Below are positions 22,888 to 31,512 of a DNA stretch of 64,000 nucleotides, in pieces (the first letter of the stretch is position 1; each line of letters opens with the position of its first letter). The DNA is from Thermoplasmata archaeon (GTDB lineage: Archaea > Thermoplasmatota > E2 > DHVEG-1). Location of the stretch: assembly GCA_014894395.1 (NCBI GenBank), contig JADBLO010000051.1, positions 4,641-68,640 on the forward strand, given 5' to 3'. Made by a program: the position numbers and the translations under genes. The notes beneath the pieces are model-generated. The model did no database searches. It saw only the letters and a program-made list of their open reading frames with translations, and was not told the DNA's origin.

Positions 22888-23565
22888 ATGATTAAAGTAA
22901 TCTCCTTTGACTTTGATGGTACCATTGCGAAACATACCTTCGCAGATGCATTCTGGCTCGAAGGCGTACCAGCACTCTACGCCAAACTACACCATGTTGA
23001 TGTAGATGTGGCAAAGAAATATCTCTTCGAAGAATACGATAAGATAGGAGACAACCGGATCGAATGGTACGACCCCGGATACTGGTTCGACCGCTTCGAC
23101 CTTCAAGCTGATTGGAAAAAAATGCTCTTAAAATATCGAAAAAACGTTGAAATCTATCCCGAAGTTTCATCAGTCCTGAAGCGATTATCAAAACACTATA
23201 GCCTCATCATCAGTTCCAACGCAAAGAAAGAATTCATAGACGTACAACTCAGAAAATCCAAACTCAGCGGCTACTTCGACCAGATTTTTTCATCAACCTC
23301 AGACTTTCACACGGTTAAAAAAGTCACGGATTTCTATGCGATGATCTGCAAAAAACTTTCAATACAACCGCAAGAAATGGTTCATGTTGGTGACCATAAA
23401 GAGTTCGATTACCTTTCCCCACAAAAACTTGATATCGCCGCGTTTTATCTCGACAGAAACAAAACCAGTTCCGGACCATATGTCGTGCATGATCTTTCTC
23501 AATTCGAGGAGACCGTTATAAAACGTTCATCATCCAATCGTGAGCATCGTGGAAGAAAAATGTGA
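22888..23565 (+). CDS. HAD-superfamily hydrolase
   Basis: ISFDFDGTI motif I directly after the Met, plus downstream HAD motifs (SSN, GD..D). Confidence 0.7.
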   Translation: MIKVISFDFDGTIAKHTFADAFWLEGVPALYAKLHHVDVDVAKKYLFEEYDKIGDNRIEWYDPGYWFDRFDLQADWKKMLLKYRKNVEIYPEVSSVLKRLSKHYSLIISSNAKKEFIDVQLRKSKLSGYFDQIFSSTSDFHTVKKVTDFYAMICKKLSIQPQEMVHVGDHKEFDYLSPQKLDIAAFYLDRNKTSSGPYVVHDLSQFEETVIKRSSSNREHRGRKM

Positions 23566-23681
23566 AAAATCAGTCTTTTTTCTCGTTTGATTCTTCGGCT
23601 CCAACGTTCTTTGTGTTACAAATATTTATATACCAAACTGATATAATATTTACACAACAAAATGAAGAGAGGAAGGTAAAT

Positions 23682-24623
23682 ATGAAGAAACTATTGTCAG
23701 TCGTAATAATAGGGATTATGGTCCTTGGCGGATTAGGAACTATTGCAACCGGTGCATACCAACCAGCAAAAAAAACTTATACAAACAACACAGTAGGAAC
23801 AACCTATGTCGATGAACTCGATCAATCGATGATCGATTACGATGGATCATTACCCTTAGGCCCAACAAATTTTTTGGGATTCTATGCGAATCTCTCCGTA
23901 GCACAGTCATTCATACCGCAAAAAGAACTCTTGACACGAACACAATTCCTCATGGCTCGAAATGCATCAACCTCATCCCCCTGTGTTCTTGCGGTTCGAG
24001 ATAATCTCACCGGTGAGAACCTCGCTATTATTTCCGTCACACCAGGTGAATTCCCTGTTGTGAATGGGACCCCGACAGAGGATCAACTGGCATGGATCAA
24101 TTTCAACTTTGATGACATCTGGGTGATCCCTGGACAGACGTATTACCTTGTTGTCTACACAGCAAATATTACTGAGAACTATTACTGGATTTCTGGTAAT
24201 GGCACGAACATGTACCCAAACGGAAGCGTGATGCTTTCTATCGACGATGGAAAAACCTGGGGTGAATTAATTCCGAACGCTGACGGATGTTTCAAAACCT
24301 ATGGTTTGAGAGAAACATTCCTTGGTATCACCATGAACAGCAACTTCTTTGGACCTTCGTTCGTCATTAAAAACATCGGGAATTATTCCGCATGGGATCT
24401 CACCTGGAATTACACGACTTCTGGTGGATTCTTATTATTCAAGAAGGATGTCACCGGTAGTATCTCAGAATTATTACCAGGAAATGAAATCATCGTGAAA
24501 TCAGGATTCATCTTTGGGTTTGGAAAAGTGACACTATCATTGAAAGTGTCCGCAGCAAACGTTAAAGAGTTATCCATACAAAAAGATGCCATAGTCCTAC
24601 TCTTTTTTGTTAAAATCATCTAA
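23682..24623 (+). CDS. secreted or membrane-anchored hypothetical protein, sequon-rich
   Basis: Start at MKKLLSVVIIGIMVLGGLG (GGAAGGT SD) and about 10 N-x-S/T sequons. The longer ORF from 23562 lacks an RBS. No family recognised. Confidence 0.5.
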   Translation: MKKLLSVVIIGIMVLGGLGTIATGAYQPAKKTYTNNTVGTTYVDELDQSMIDYDGSLPLGPTNFLGFYANLSVAQSFIPQKELLTRTQFLMARNASTSSPCVLAVRDNLTGENLAIISVTPGEFPVVNGTPTEDQLAWINFNFDDIWVIPGQTYYLVVYTANITENYYWISGNGTNMYPNGSVMLSIDDGKTWGELIPNADGCFKTYGLRETFLGITMNSNFFGPSFVIKNIGNYSAWDLTWNYTTSGGFLLFKKDVTGSISELLPGNEIIVKSGFIFGFGKVTLSLKVSAANVKELSIQKDAIVLLFFVKII

Positions 24624-24627
24624 CAAG

Positions 24628-24655
24628 CATCTTTTTTTTCTTTCTTTTTCTTGAA
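24628..24655. terminator. bidirectional T-rich terminator between convergent genes
   Basis: CATCTTTTTTTTCTTTCTTTTTCTTG between the stops at 24623 (+) and 24689 (-). Confidence 0.35.
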
Positions 24656-24688
24656 TCTAACAAGATAAGAAAAAAATAGACAAGGAAA

Positions 24689-25453
24689 TCAACCGATATA
24701 CCTGATATCATCAGGTTTTTCCTTAACCATAGTTTCCATTTCATTGAGCTGCTGAGCGATGTACTCTATCTCCTTTGCTTTTTCCTCAAGCCGAGACAGA
24801 TCGATCTCAACATTCACCGCTTTCGTAAGAACCTTCAGGACCGCTTTCGCACTCTTTGGGTCAACGAGGTACCCTGGTGTCTCGCCCATAAAGCAGGTGC
24901 CGGCCATGCCCCGGAGTTTCCCCAGTCCAAGGAGAAGTCCGCTTGCACCAATGATACCACCGCCAGGTTCGTTTTTCTTAAACACCGCACCATACTTTTT
25001 CATGGTTTTTACTAGATGCACATCGGTTGTTGCAAACAGTACCTTTGGTTCTTTGATTTCCCGACCGAGACCATACCCACCAAGGGTAAACATTTGTTTT
25101 ACGCCAAGACTCTGCACAACATCAAGGATGGACTCTGCAAGTTCATACTGCCCTTGGGAAGACAGCCCTTGGTAATCCCCGGTCAGAAAAACGATATCTC
25201 GTTGACTTCGCTTCTTTGCTTTCCAATAAAAAAACTCGTTGTTAACCAACTTGATGGTGCCATCCGGGTTAATGAACACCTGTGGCGGAAAATCCTTGCT
25301 ATACAATTCAGCGAATTTTTTTGCTTTCATCGAATCAATGAGATGTTCAACAGCGAGTTTCCCAACATTCCCGATCCCGGGTAATCCTTCGATAAAAATC
25401 GGATTTTTAAGCTTCGGTTTTTTCTCAACGTACTTTATTTCAACTAATTTCAT
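24689..25453 (-). CDS. PAC2-family proteasome assembly chaperone-like protein (PbaA/PbaB family)
   Basis: IEGLPGIGNVGKLA (GxPGxGxVG) signature, about 254 aa. ATGA overlap with the nop10 stop. Confidence 0.65.
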   Translation of the reverse strand: MKLVEIKYVEKKPKLKNPIFIEGLPGIGNVGKLAVEHLIDSMKAKKFAELYSKDFPPQVFINPDGTIKLVNNEFFYWKAKKRSQRDIVFLTGDYQGLSSQGQYELAESILDVVQSLGVKQMFTLGGYGLGREIKEPKVLFATTDVHLVKTMKKYGAVFKKNEPGGGIIGASGLLLGLGKLRGMAGTCFMGETPGYLVDPKSAKAVLKVLTKAVNVEIDLSRLEEKAKEIEYIAQQLNEMETMVKEKPDDIRYIG

Positions 25454-25623
25454 TGTCTCAGTTCGTCCTTATCCCTTTTTTTTAACGCCCGACGGTACTT
25501 CCCATAATGATCCTGAGGCGAGAACCGTGCAGGCGTGTTTAAAACTGTTTTTTCTTTACAGGTGCTGCAGACCGGATGGATGGTGTACCGCTGACAGTTT
25601 TTACAATAGAGTATCTCAGACAT
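25450..25623 (-). CDS. nop10: H/ACA snoRNP protein Nop10 (57 aa; absent from ORF track)
   Basis: Manual translation gives MSEILYCKNCQRYTIHPVCSTCKEKTVLNTPARFSPQDHYGKYRRALKKRDKDELRQ, with a Zn ribbon plus the PARFSP.D.Y.KYR motif. TAATG overlap with the aIF2alpha stop. Confidence 0.85.
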   Translation of the reverse strand: MSEILYCKNCQRYTIHPVCSTCKEKTVLNTPARFSPQDHYGKYRRALKKRDKDELRQ

Positions 25624-26411
25624 TATTCTTCGACTTCGCGTTGAAACTCACATTCGCCTTTCATTTTTGTCATAAATGTTTCTGCCCGCTCGACTGCTTT
25701 TTTCATCTGTGATTCAGCAATCTTATAATCAGGAGCTTTTACTTTAATCATGTAGCGAGGTGCGCCAATGTATTTGATATCGATGCTGACGTCATCAAAC
25801 TCGCTTTTTTCCGCAACTATGAGTGCTTCTTTGATATGAGTAATCCCATCTGGTAGGTATGAAGTGAGAAGCAACATGCCTTTAATTTCAACGAAAGGAA
25901 CAGTGATACTGGTCTTTGCAACCTCATCAAATTTCTTGAGCCAATCCCCAGAAAATCCATCGTTTTTCAGGGTGTTTGCATCATAGGCGCATTCTTCAAA
26001 TGCGGCATACATCGTCCCGTATTTCTTGATGAGCCCATCACCGAATTCTTTATAACACTGGTCCACTGATTTGCCGAGCCCTTGTGCAACCATCTCAAAG
26101 AGCTTGGCTGCTTTCTGCGCATTCTTCCAGTCCTGGATTTTCTCCCGGCGTTGATGATCATTCACCTTCTTAAGGGAAAGGTCGATGTGTTTCTTTGCAG
26201 CATCAACATGAACAACCTTACAGACAACCTTCTGTTTTTCTCTGACAAAATTACGGATGCGTTTAACCCATCCGGTTGCTATTTCAGAAATATGTATGAA
26301 CCCTTCTTTATTCGGGTATTCATCAAGTGACACAAATGCACCAAAGCCTTGGACTTTGGTAATAGTACCAACAACGAGTTCTCCTTCTTCAGGGTACTCC
26401 TTCTTCAACAT
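25623..26411 (-). CDS. eif2a: translation initiation factor 2 alpha subunit (aIF2-alpha)
   Basis: N-terminal S1 domain (GELVVGTITKVQGFGAFVSLDEY), 262 aa. Confidence 0.9.
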   Translation of the reverse strand: MLKKEYPEEGELVVGTITKVQGFGAFVSLDEYPNKEGFIHISEIATGWVKRIRNFVREKQKVVCKVVHVDAAKKHIDLSLKKVNDHQRREKIQDWKNAQKAAKLFEMVAQGLGKSVDQCYKEFGDGLIKKYGTMYAAFEECAYDANTLKNDGFSGDWLKKFDEVAKTSITVPFVEIKGMLLLTSYLPDGITHIKEALIVAEKSEFDDVSIDIKYIGAPRYMIKVKAPDYKIAESQMKKAVERAETFMTKMKGECEFQREVEE

Positions 26412-26422
26412 GCAGATGAACC

Positions 26423-26611
26423 TTATTCGATGGTCTCTAAAATGGTTCCTTTAATCCGTGCTTTCCCACCATTTGGGGTTGCAAGTTTACTACCGCAGAT
26501 GTGGCAGAGGACCGTGGTACTTGCCTTATCAAACAGAACTTGTTCGTTTTCACAATCATTGCATCGTACCTTAATGAACCTGCTTTTTGGTTGATCCATT
26601 TGTTTATTCAC
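26423..26611 (-). CDS. rps27e: ribosomal protein S27e
   Basis: C4 zinc finger (CNDCENEQ...CHICGSKL), about 60 aa. Confidence 0.85.
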   Translation of the reverse strand: MNKQMDQPKSRFIKVRCNDCENEQVLFDKASTTVLCHICGSKLATPNGGKARIKGTILETIE

Positions 26612-26885
26612 CTTCTATCTCAAATTTTTTTGACCGGATACTTGGCGGCTGATGCATCTTTTTACAGACTGTACACATAAATCGGGTCGCTATCCGCCTG
26701 CTGGTTTTCTCTCGCCCCTCTGGTTTTGGTCGTGGGAACCCTCCGTATCCGCTGGTAGCACGTCTGAACCGCCGTTGTCCTCGTTTCAGCTCACTTGCTT
26801 TCCGTTTTTTCATCTTGTCAACTTCGTGAAGCGTGTGTTTTTTGCAGAACGGACAGTATCGTTTGATTTTCCGGGGAATCTTCAT
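26604..26885 (-). CDS. rpl44e: ribosomal protein L44e (eL42)
   Basis: MKIPRKIKRYCPFCKKHTLHEV...CTVCKK zinc ribbon. Start chosen at MKIP (26885); the ORF track extends to 26894. Confidence 0.85.
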   Translation of the reverse strand: MKIPRKIKRYCPFCKKHTLHEVDKMKKRKASELKRGQRRFRRATSGYGGFPRPKPEGREKTSRRIATRFMCTVCKKMHQPPSIRSKKFEIEGE

Positions 26886-26944
26886 AGATATCACAGTTCG
26901 ATTGTAACCGTAAGTAAGAAAGGTATATAAAAATGTAGGGTGCC

Positions 26945-27541
26945 CTATTTTACCTGTTTTACTACCCCTTTTTTTAGGAGTGGTTCGGTCATTTCGCTGG
27001 GGAGTGAAAGCACGTCTTCTTTGCGTAACGAATAGGTTTTCTCATCGGTCCCGATAAACTCAGGTGTATCTTCCAGGACGCGGACGATCGGATTTGTATT
27101 TGGATCTCTCTTCAGTTGATCAACAACCGGCGGAGATGCTGGTTGTTTTTTTGAATGGCGGTCTGTTGGTTCTTCAAAGATTTCCTTACGAGAGACCGCG
27201 ATCTGTTCAACAAGAGCACTATAAAGTTTTTTTTCGATGTCTAAGAGATTCTTGAGGTCAGGGGCTGCACCACGTGCTGTCGCAAGAGCAGCCTGGACGA
27301 TTTTTTTCTCTCGAAGCTCATAGATGCTATTTGCGATTTTCTTTGTATTTTGAGCCTCATCAGTGAAGAGTTTGAGTTTCAGTGGATTCTTTTCATTTTC
27401 AACGCTTTGTTCAATAGTTTTTACATAAGAAAAAAGATCCTGGTAGAAATTCACATTGATTTTCGTAAGAACAGAAGAGGTCTGTTCTCCCTGTTGGAGT
27501 CTCCGGAGTGTTTTATAGCTAATTTCCTCGTGTTCATCCAT
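26945..27541 (-). CDS. GINS complex subunit (Gins51/Gins15-like)
   Basis: C-terminal B-domain IVRVLEDTPEFIGTDEKTYSLRKEDVLSLPSEMTEPLLKKGV matches the archaeal Gins51 pattern, with a helical N-terminal A-domain. Confidence 0.6.
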   Translation of the reverse strand: MDEHEEISYKTLRRLQQGEQTSSVLTKINVNFYQDLFSYVKTIEQSVENEKNPLKLKLFTDEAQNTKKIANSIYELREKKIVQAALATARGAAPDLKNLLDIEKKLYSALVEQIAVSRKEIFEEPTDRHSKKQPASPPVVDQLKRDPNTNPIVRVLEDTPEFIGTDEKTYSLRKEDVLSLPSEMTEPLLKKGVVKQVK

Positions 27542-27679
27542 AGTCGTTCATTAAATCATAACTAGTGTTAAATAGTTTTAGTTCTCTGTTTTGATATTTG
27601 TTTCAACGTATTGGATATAAAAATATTATATTCAAAAGATTAATATACAGAGCGTGATTAATGCACCCTGGGGAAAGAG

Positions 27680-29773
27680 ATGAAAGGAATCGTAATCAAA
27701 ACCGGATTAGTCTTCGGACTTGTTATGGTGCTGCTATCAACAAACATTGCTCCCGGTCTTCTGGGGCACTCTAGAGACTCTTTTGAACAAAAAAGTGTTG
27801 ATGCACTTTTTATTCCAACAACTGAGAAAACCTCGGTGTTTTCTCTCAATGTTTTTGGTACAACCGGCCTGAAAAAACAAGACGTCGCTCTCTCAGCTGA
27901 TGATGCTACACTGATTTTTGATAAATTGAAAGAGCTGAAATCTGAGATGACGCAACATCCTTATAGTGAGAAGACTCAATCCTTAAAAATAGCGTTTGTC
28001 GATCTGCTCGATGAAAAAGGATTAATCCCGCAAGGTGTATCAAAAGAAGCCTATCTTTCCTTACTCAATCCCAGATGGGTAGAGCGACTACAAAAGACAG
28101 GAAACACAGCATCCTTACCACAACCATTTGCCAACCGAGGAACCTGTGCGCTCTGCAGCATGGGCGGGGAGGGATCAGGAATACTAATTCCGTTATTTCT
28201 TCTCCCAAGACCTCGTATAGCGATGCTGTGGCTAGGCACTGGCCTCTCCACTGCAGCAAACCTGCTCACCAGCAAAGGCTATGTTGCAGAAGGTGCACAA
28301 ACAGGGTTCGCATTCGGTTTCATGGGAATTGGCATCTCCTACGCACTACCAGGTTACACTCTATACGGATTCATCGGATACGCATTACTAACGTCTACGA
28401 CCGCAGAATATGTCGAACATTATCCACCCAATAGAGCACCGATCATTTCTGATATTTTACCTGCTGATGGAGAACAAAACGCCCTTGTCTCGCTTTCAGA
28501 GTTACAATTTCGAATACAAGATCCCGACGGTGATCTGATGAGCTATAGTGTTACAACCGAGCCGGACATTGGTTCTGGCAGTGGGAATTTAAAACCCTTT
28601 GGATTGTACACCGTTCCTATTAGTGGTCTTGCTATCGATAAAATCTATCGCTGGACAGTTGAAGTAACCGATGGAAAAGAAACAACAACCGCAACATATG
28701 GTTTCTTCACTGAAGGGAAACCACCATTCGACCCGTTTACCCAAGGATGGAACTATCGGAAAAAGATCACTATCGATCATAATCAAGTTACAGGGGATTT
28801 AACAAATTTCCCTCTTCTTATTAGTGTTACTGATCAAGATTTACGGGATAAAGCACAGAATGATGGCGACGACATCTTATTCATGGACAACTTGGGTGTT
28901 GCTACAAAGTTGTATCATGAAATTGAATATTTTGATGGTTCTACAGGTATACTGACTGCGTGGATGAATATACCAATTGTCCATTCGACAGAAGATACTT
29001 CGCTCTACATGTATTATGGGAATTCATCGAGTTCTAATCAGCAATTTCCTGAAAAGGTGTGGATTAACCACTTTAATGCGGTTTGGCATCTGAACAATAA
29101 TCCAATGGGAAATATTATTGATAGTTCATCAAAAGATAATGATGGTACAGCTCAAGGGGATATGACGTCATCGGATTTGATTAATGGTAAAATTGGACCC
29201 TGCCTTCAGTTTGATGGCGCTGACGACTACATCTCATTTTCAGAATTTACAAACTCACTAGACACGGGTACCTGCATCGCTTGGATACAGACAACCGCCA
29301 ATGAAATAGGAGCAGTCTGGGGAGAAGCAAAAACAACCACTGATAAACCTTACCTTGTATGTGGGAAATATTACAACGATAACCTCTGGTTCGCCCGGGA
29401 TGTCTATGGGACGTCTTCGAATTATCAAGGTTTCAAGCCGAATGGGATGAATGACGGACAATGGCATCAAGCCGCCTGGTTATCTAAAGGCACTGATAAC
29501 GGAAATACGTTCTATTTCGATGGTCAACCAGTGTCACTTAACTGGCAGGATGGACAGAATCCAAATGGAATGTGGTTTGATGATCAATCCACTGACACCA
29601 ATTCTATAGGTGCTCTTGATAGACCAACCAGTCGTTCTCATTGGAGTGGTCTCCTTGATGAAATACGTATCGCTAACATACCGTTAAGCGCAGCATGGAT
29701 TGCCACTGAATATGCAAATCAAAATAACCCAGCAGGTTTCTTAAATATCGGACCGGAAGTACCCGGACCTTAA
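27680..29773 (+). CDS. large surface/membrane protein with DUF2341 and LamG (concanavalin-A-like) domains
   Basis: N-terminal signal/TM and further hydrophobic segments. WNYRKKITIDHNQVTGDLTNFPLLISV matches DUF2341. GKIGPCLQFDGADDYISFSEF matches LamG. Confidence 0.6.
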   Translation: MKGIVIKTGLVFGLVMVLLSTNIAPGLLGHSRDSFEQKSVDALFIPTTEKTSVFSLNVFGTTGLKKQDVALSADDATLIFDKLKELKSEMTQHPYSEKTQSLKIAFVDLLDEKGLIPQGVSKEAYLSLLNPRWVERLQKTGNTASLPQPFANRGTCALCSMGGEGSGILIPLFLLPRPRIAMLWLGTGLSTAANLLTSKGYVAEGAQTGFAFGFMGIGISYALPGYTLYGFIGYALLTSTTAEYVEHYPPNRAPIISDILPADGEQNALVSLSELQFRIQDPDGDLMSYSVTTEPDIGSGSGNLKPFGLYTVPISGLAIDKIYRWTVEVTDGKETTTATYGFFTEGKPPFDPFTQGWNYRKKITIDHNQVTGDLTNFPLLISVTDQDLRDKAQNDGDDILFMDNLGVATKLYHEIEYFDGSTGILTAWMNIPIVHSTEDTSLYMYYGNSSSSNQQFPEKVWINHFNAVWHLNNNPMGNIIDSSSKDNDGTAQGDMTSSDLINGKIGPCLQFDGADDYISFSEFTNSLDTGTCIAWIQTTANEIGAVWGEAKTTTDKPYLVCGKYYNDNLWFARDVYGTSSNYQGFKPNGMNDGQWHQAAWLSKGTDNGNTFYFDGQPVSLNWQDGQNPNGMWFDDQSTDTNSIGALDRPTSRSHWSGLLDEIRIANIPLSAAWIATEYANQNNPAGFLNIGPEVPGP

Positions 29774-29796
29774 ACCTTTTTTATCCTTTTTTCTTT

Positions 29797-30462
29797 TTAT
29801 TCCAACCCAACCGTACTAATTCGAAAACACGCTTTTTTCCCTTCTGGCTGTGACCGGTGTTTGATAATCGTTGCTTCTCGCTCCCCGATTCCTTTTCTAT
29901 CAAGCCGTAGAATGGTTTTCGTCATATGCTCAGCATCTCGGTTCGTGAACGGTTTGACCTCACCAGCTTTATCAGTATACACTTGCTCGGTAATAATGAC
30001 AAACAAATCCTTTTCTCGCGCAGTAACCTGCAGGTTCGTCACCTGCCTGGTAAACGAACGAATCCCGCCTTCCCGATCATCTTCGAGATTCAGTCGATAA
30101 AACATCGTGATCGTATCAACAACGATGAGACCTACTCCTTTCGTCGCAATCGCATCGCAAATCATCTGTTCTTGAGATTCAAACGATGTCGGGGTAAAAA
30201 AAAGGATATCACGGAGTATTTTCTTATAATCGCAGTCCACGCAGATCTGTCGTATCCGCTCAACCGAAACACCCTCTGTGTCAATGTACGCAACTTTCTT
30301 CCCCGATAAAACACACTCACGAGCAGCCTGCAGACACAGATTTGTTTTTCCAGTACCGGCCTCACCATAGATTCGTGTAATGATTCCGCTTTCAAGACCG
30401 CCTCCTAACAGGACATCTAAAGGCTGACACCCTAGAGATAACATATTCATGATATGAACCAT
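29797..30462 (-). CDS. radB: DNA repair/recombination protein RadB (RecA-superfamily ATPase)
   Basis: Walker A GEAGTGKTNLCLQ and Walker B LIVVDT; about 220 aa, short RadB type. Confidence 0.8.
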   Translation of the reverse strand: MVHIMNMLSLGCQPLDVLLGGGLESGIITRIYGEAGTGKTNLCLQAARECVLSGKKVAYIDTEGVSVERIRQICVDCDYKKILRDILFFTPTSFESQEQMICDAIATKGVGLIVVDTITMFYRLNLEDDREGGIRSFTRQVTNLQVTAREKDLFVIITEQVYTDKAGEVKPFTNRDAEHMTKTILRLDRKGIGEREATIIKHRSQPEGKKACFRISTVGLE

Positions 30463-30495
30463 GAGGAAACTCGGGCATAAAAAGGCTTTGCAGAC

Positions 30496-31512
30496 CTACT
30501 CAAGAATCTCATCAAAAACATAGGTCTCCCACTCGCGTCTGCCAAGAACAATCTCCAGTTCCACAGGAGTAATCATCGGCTTCTTGTACTGCAGATAGTC
30601 ATCAATCGCTATCCGTGGGCACGCGGTCGACACATAACAATCAATATCAAACCCTTGCAGAGACACCGGGGAAAATTCATCCATCGTAATCAACAAGGAG
30701 AGTTTACCTGCAGAATCAAGCATCTGTTGTATCTCACAAGCAAGTTTAATGCGTTGTTGACCACGTTTCACCCCAATAATAATACCGAACCGCCGTGCAC
30801 TCCGGCACGCAACAATTGCGCCGTACCGCTGTCGCAACATATTATTCTTCATATCTTCGATTTCTTGTTTTTTCACGGCATTGGTATACGGATCAGCGGC
30901 AATCACCGGTTTTCTTGCACTCATCAAGAGACCAACCGGGTGAAACGTTCCGCTCCCAATAAATAAAAAGCAATCAACATTCTCAGCTATCTTCGTCCCA
31001 ACAGAAAAATTGCATCCCAGAATCTGGCCCTTTGTTGATATTCGTTCATCACCCTCAGCAATGAATGGCTCAAGGTTGTGTTTCCGTAAGATCGTCTCAA
31101 CTTTCTCAAGTGTATGAAGGTGCTGCGCGGTGGTGACAAGCCCAATTTTTTTCCCTACTAACGAAGGAATTGCTTTTTCAACGACCTTGGAGACATCCAA
31201 TGTTGATTGCGCGTTCACAAAAATAGTTGGAATCCAAAAATTTTCTACATCGGATATCGCAGTATGTCCTAGATGAACAACACAATCCACGTCCATGTTC
31301 TTAAGTTCGTAATTCACGACATCACAGGCGCCAAAACACGCGTCCGCGGACACAAGAACCGTTGCACCAGTTTCTTTCTTTAGAAATTCAACCAAAGGAA
31401 AAATACTGCGTTTCAGTCCCTCTGGAACCTGAACTGCGATAGTTTTGTACCCTTGTTGTTTCATGGTTATTGCAGCGTTTTCAATATCAATCAAATAGCC
31501 TGAAATCTCCAT
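30496..31512 (-). CDS. dph2: diphthamide biosynthesis protein Dph2 (2-(3-amino-3-carboxypropyl)histidine synthase)
   Basis: IAVQVPEGLK..ADACFGACDV..HLGH motifs; 338 aa, archaeal Dph2 size. Confidence 0.8.
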   Translation of the reverse strand: MEISGYLIDIENAAITMKQQGYKTIAVQVPEGLKRSIFPLVEFLKKETGATVLVSADACFGACDVVNYELKNMDVDCVVHLGHTAISDVENFWIPTIFVNAQSTLDVSKVVEKAIPSLVGKKIGLVTTAQHLHTLEKVETILRKHNLEPFIAEGDERISTKGQILGCNFSVGTKIAENVDCFLFIGSGTFHPVGLLMSARKPVIAADPYTNAVKKQEIEDMKNNMLRQRYGAIVACRSARRFGIIIGVKRGQQRIKLACEIQQMLDSAGKLSLLITMDEFSPVSLQGFDIDCYVSTACPRIAIDDYLQYKKPMITPVELEIVLGRREWETYVFDEILE

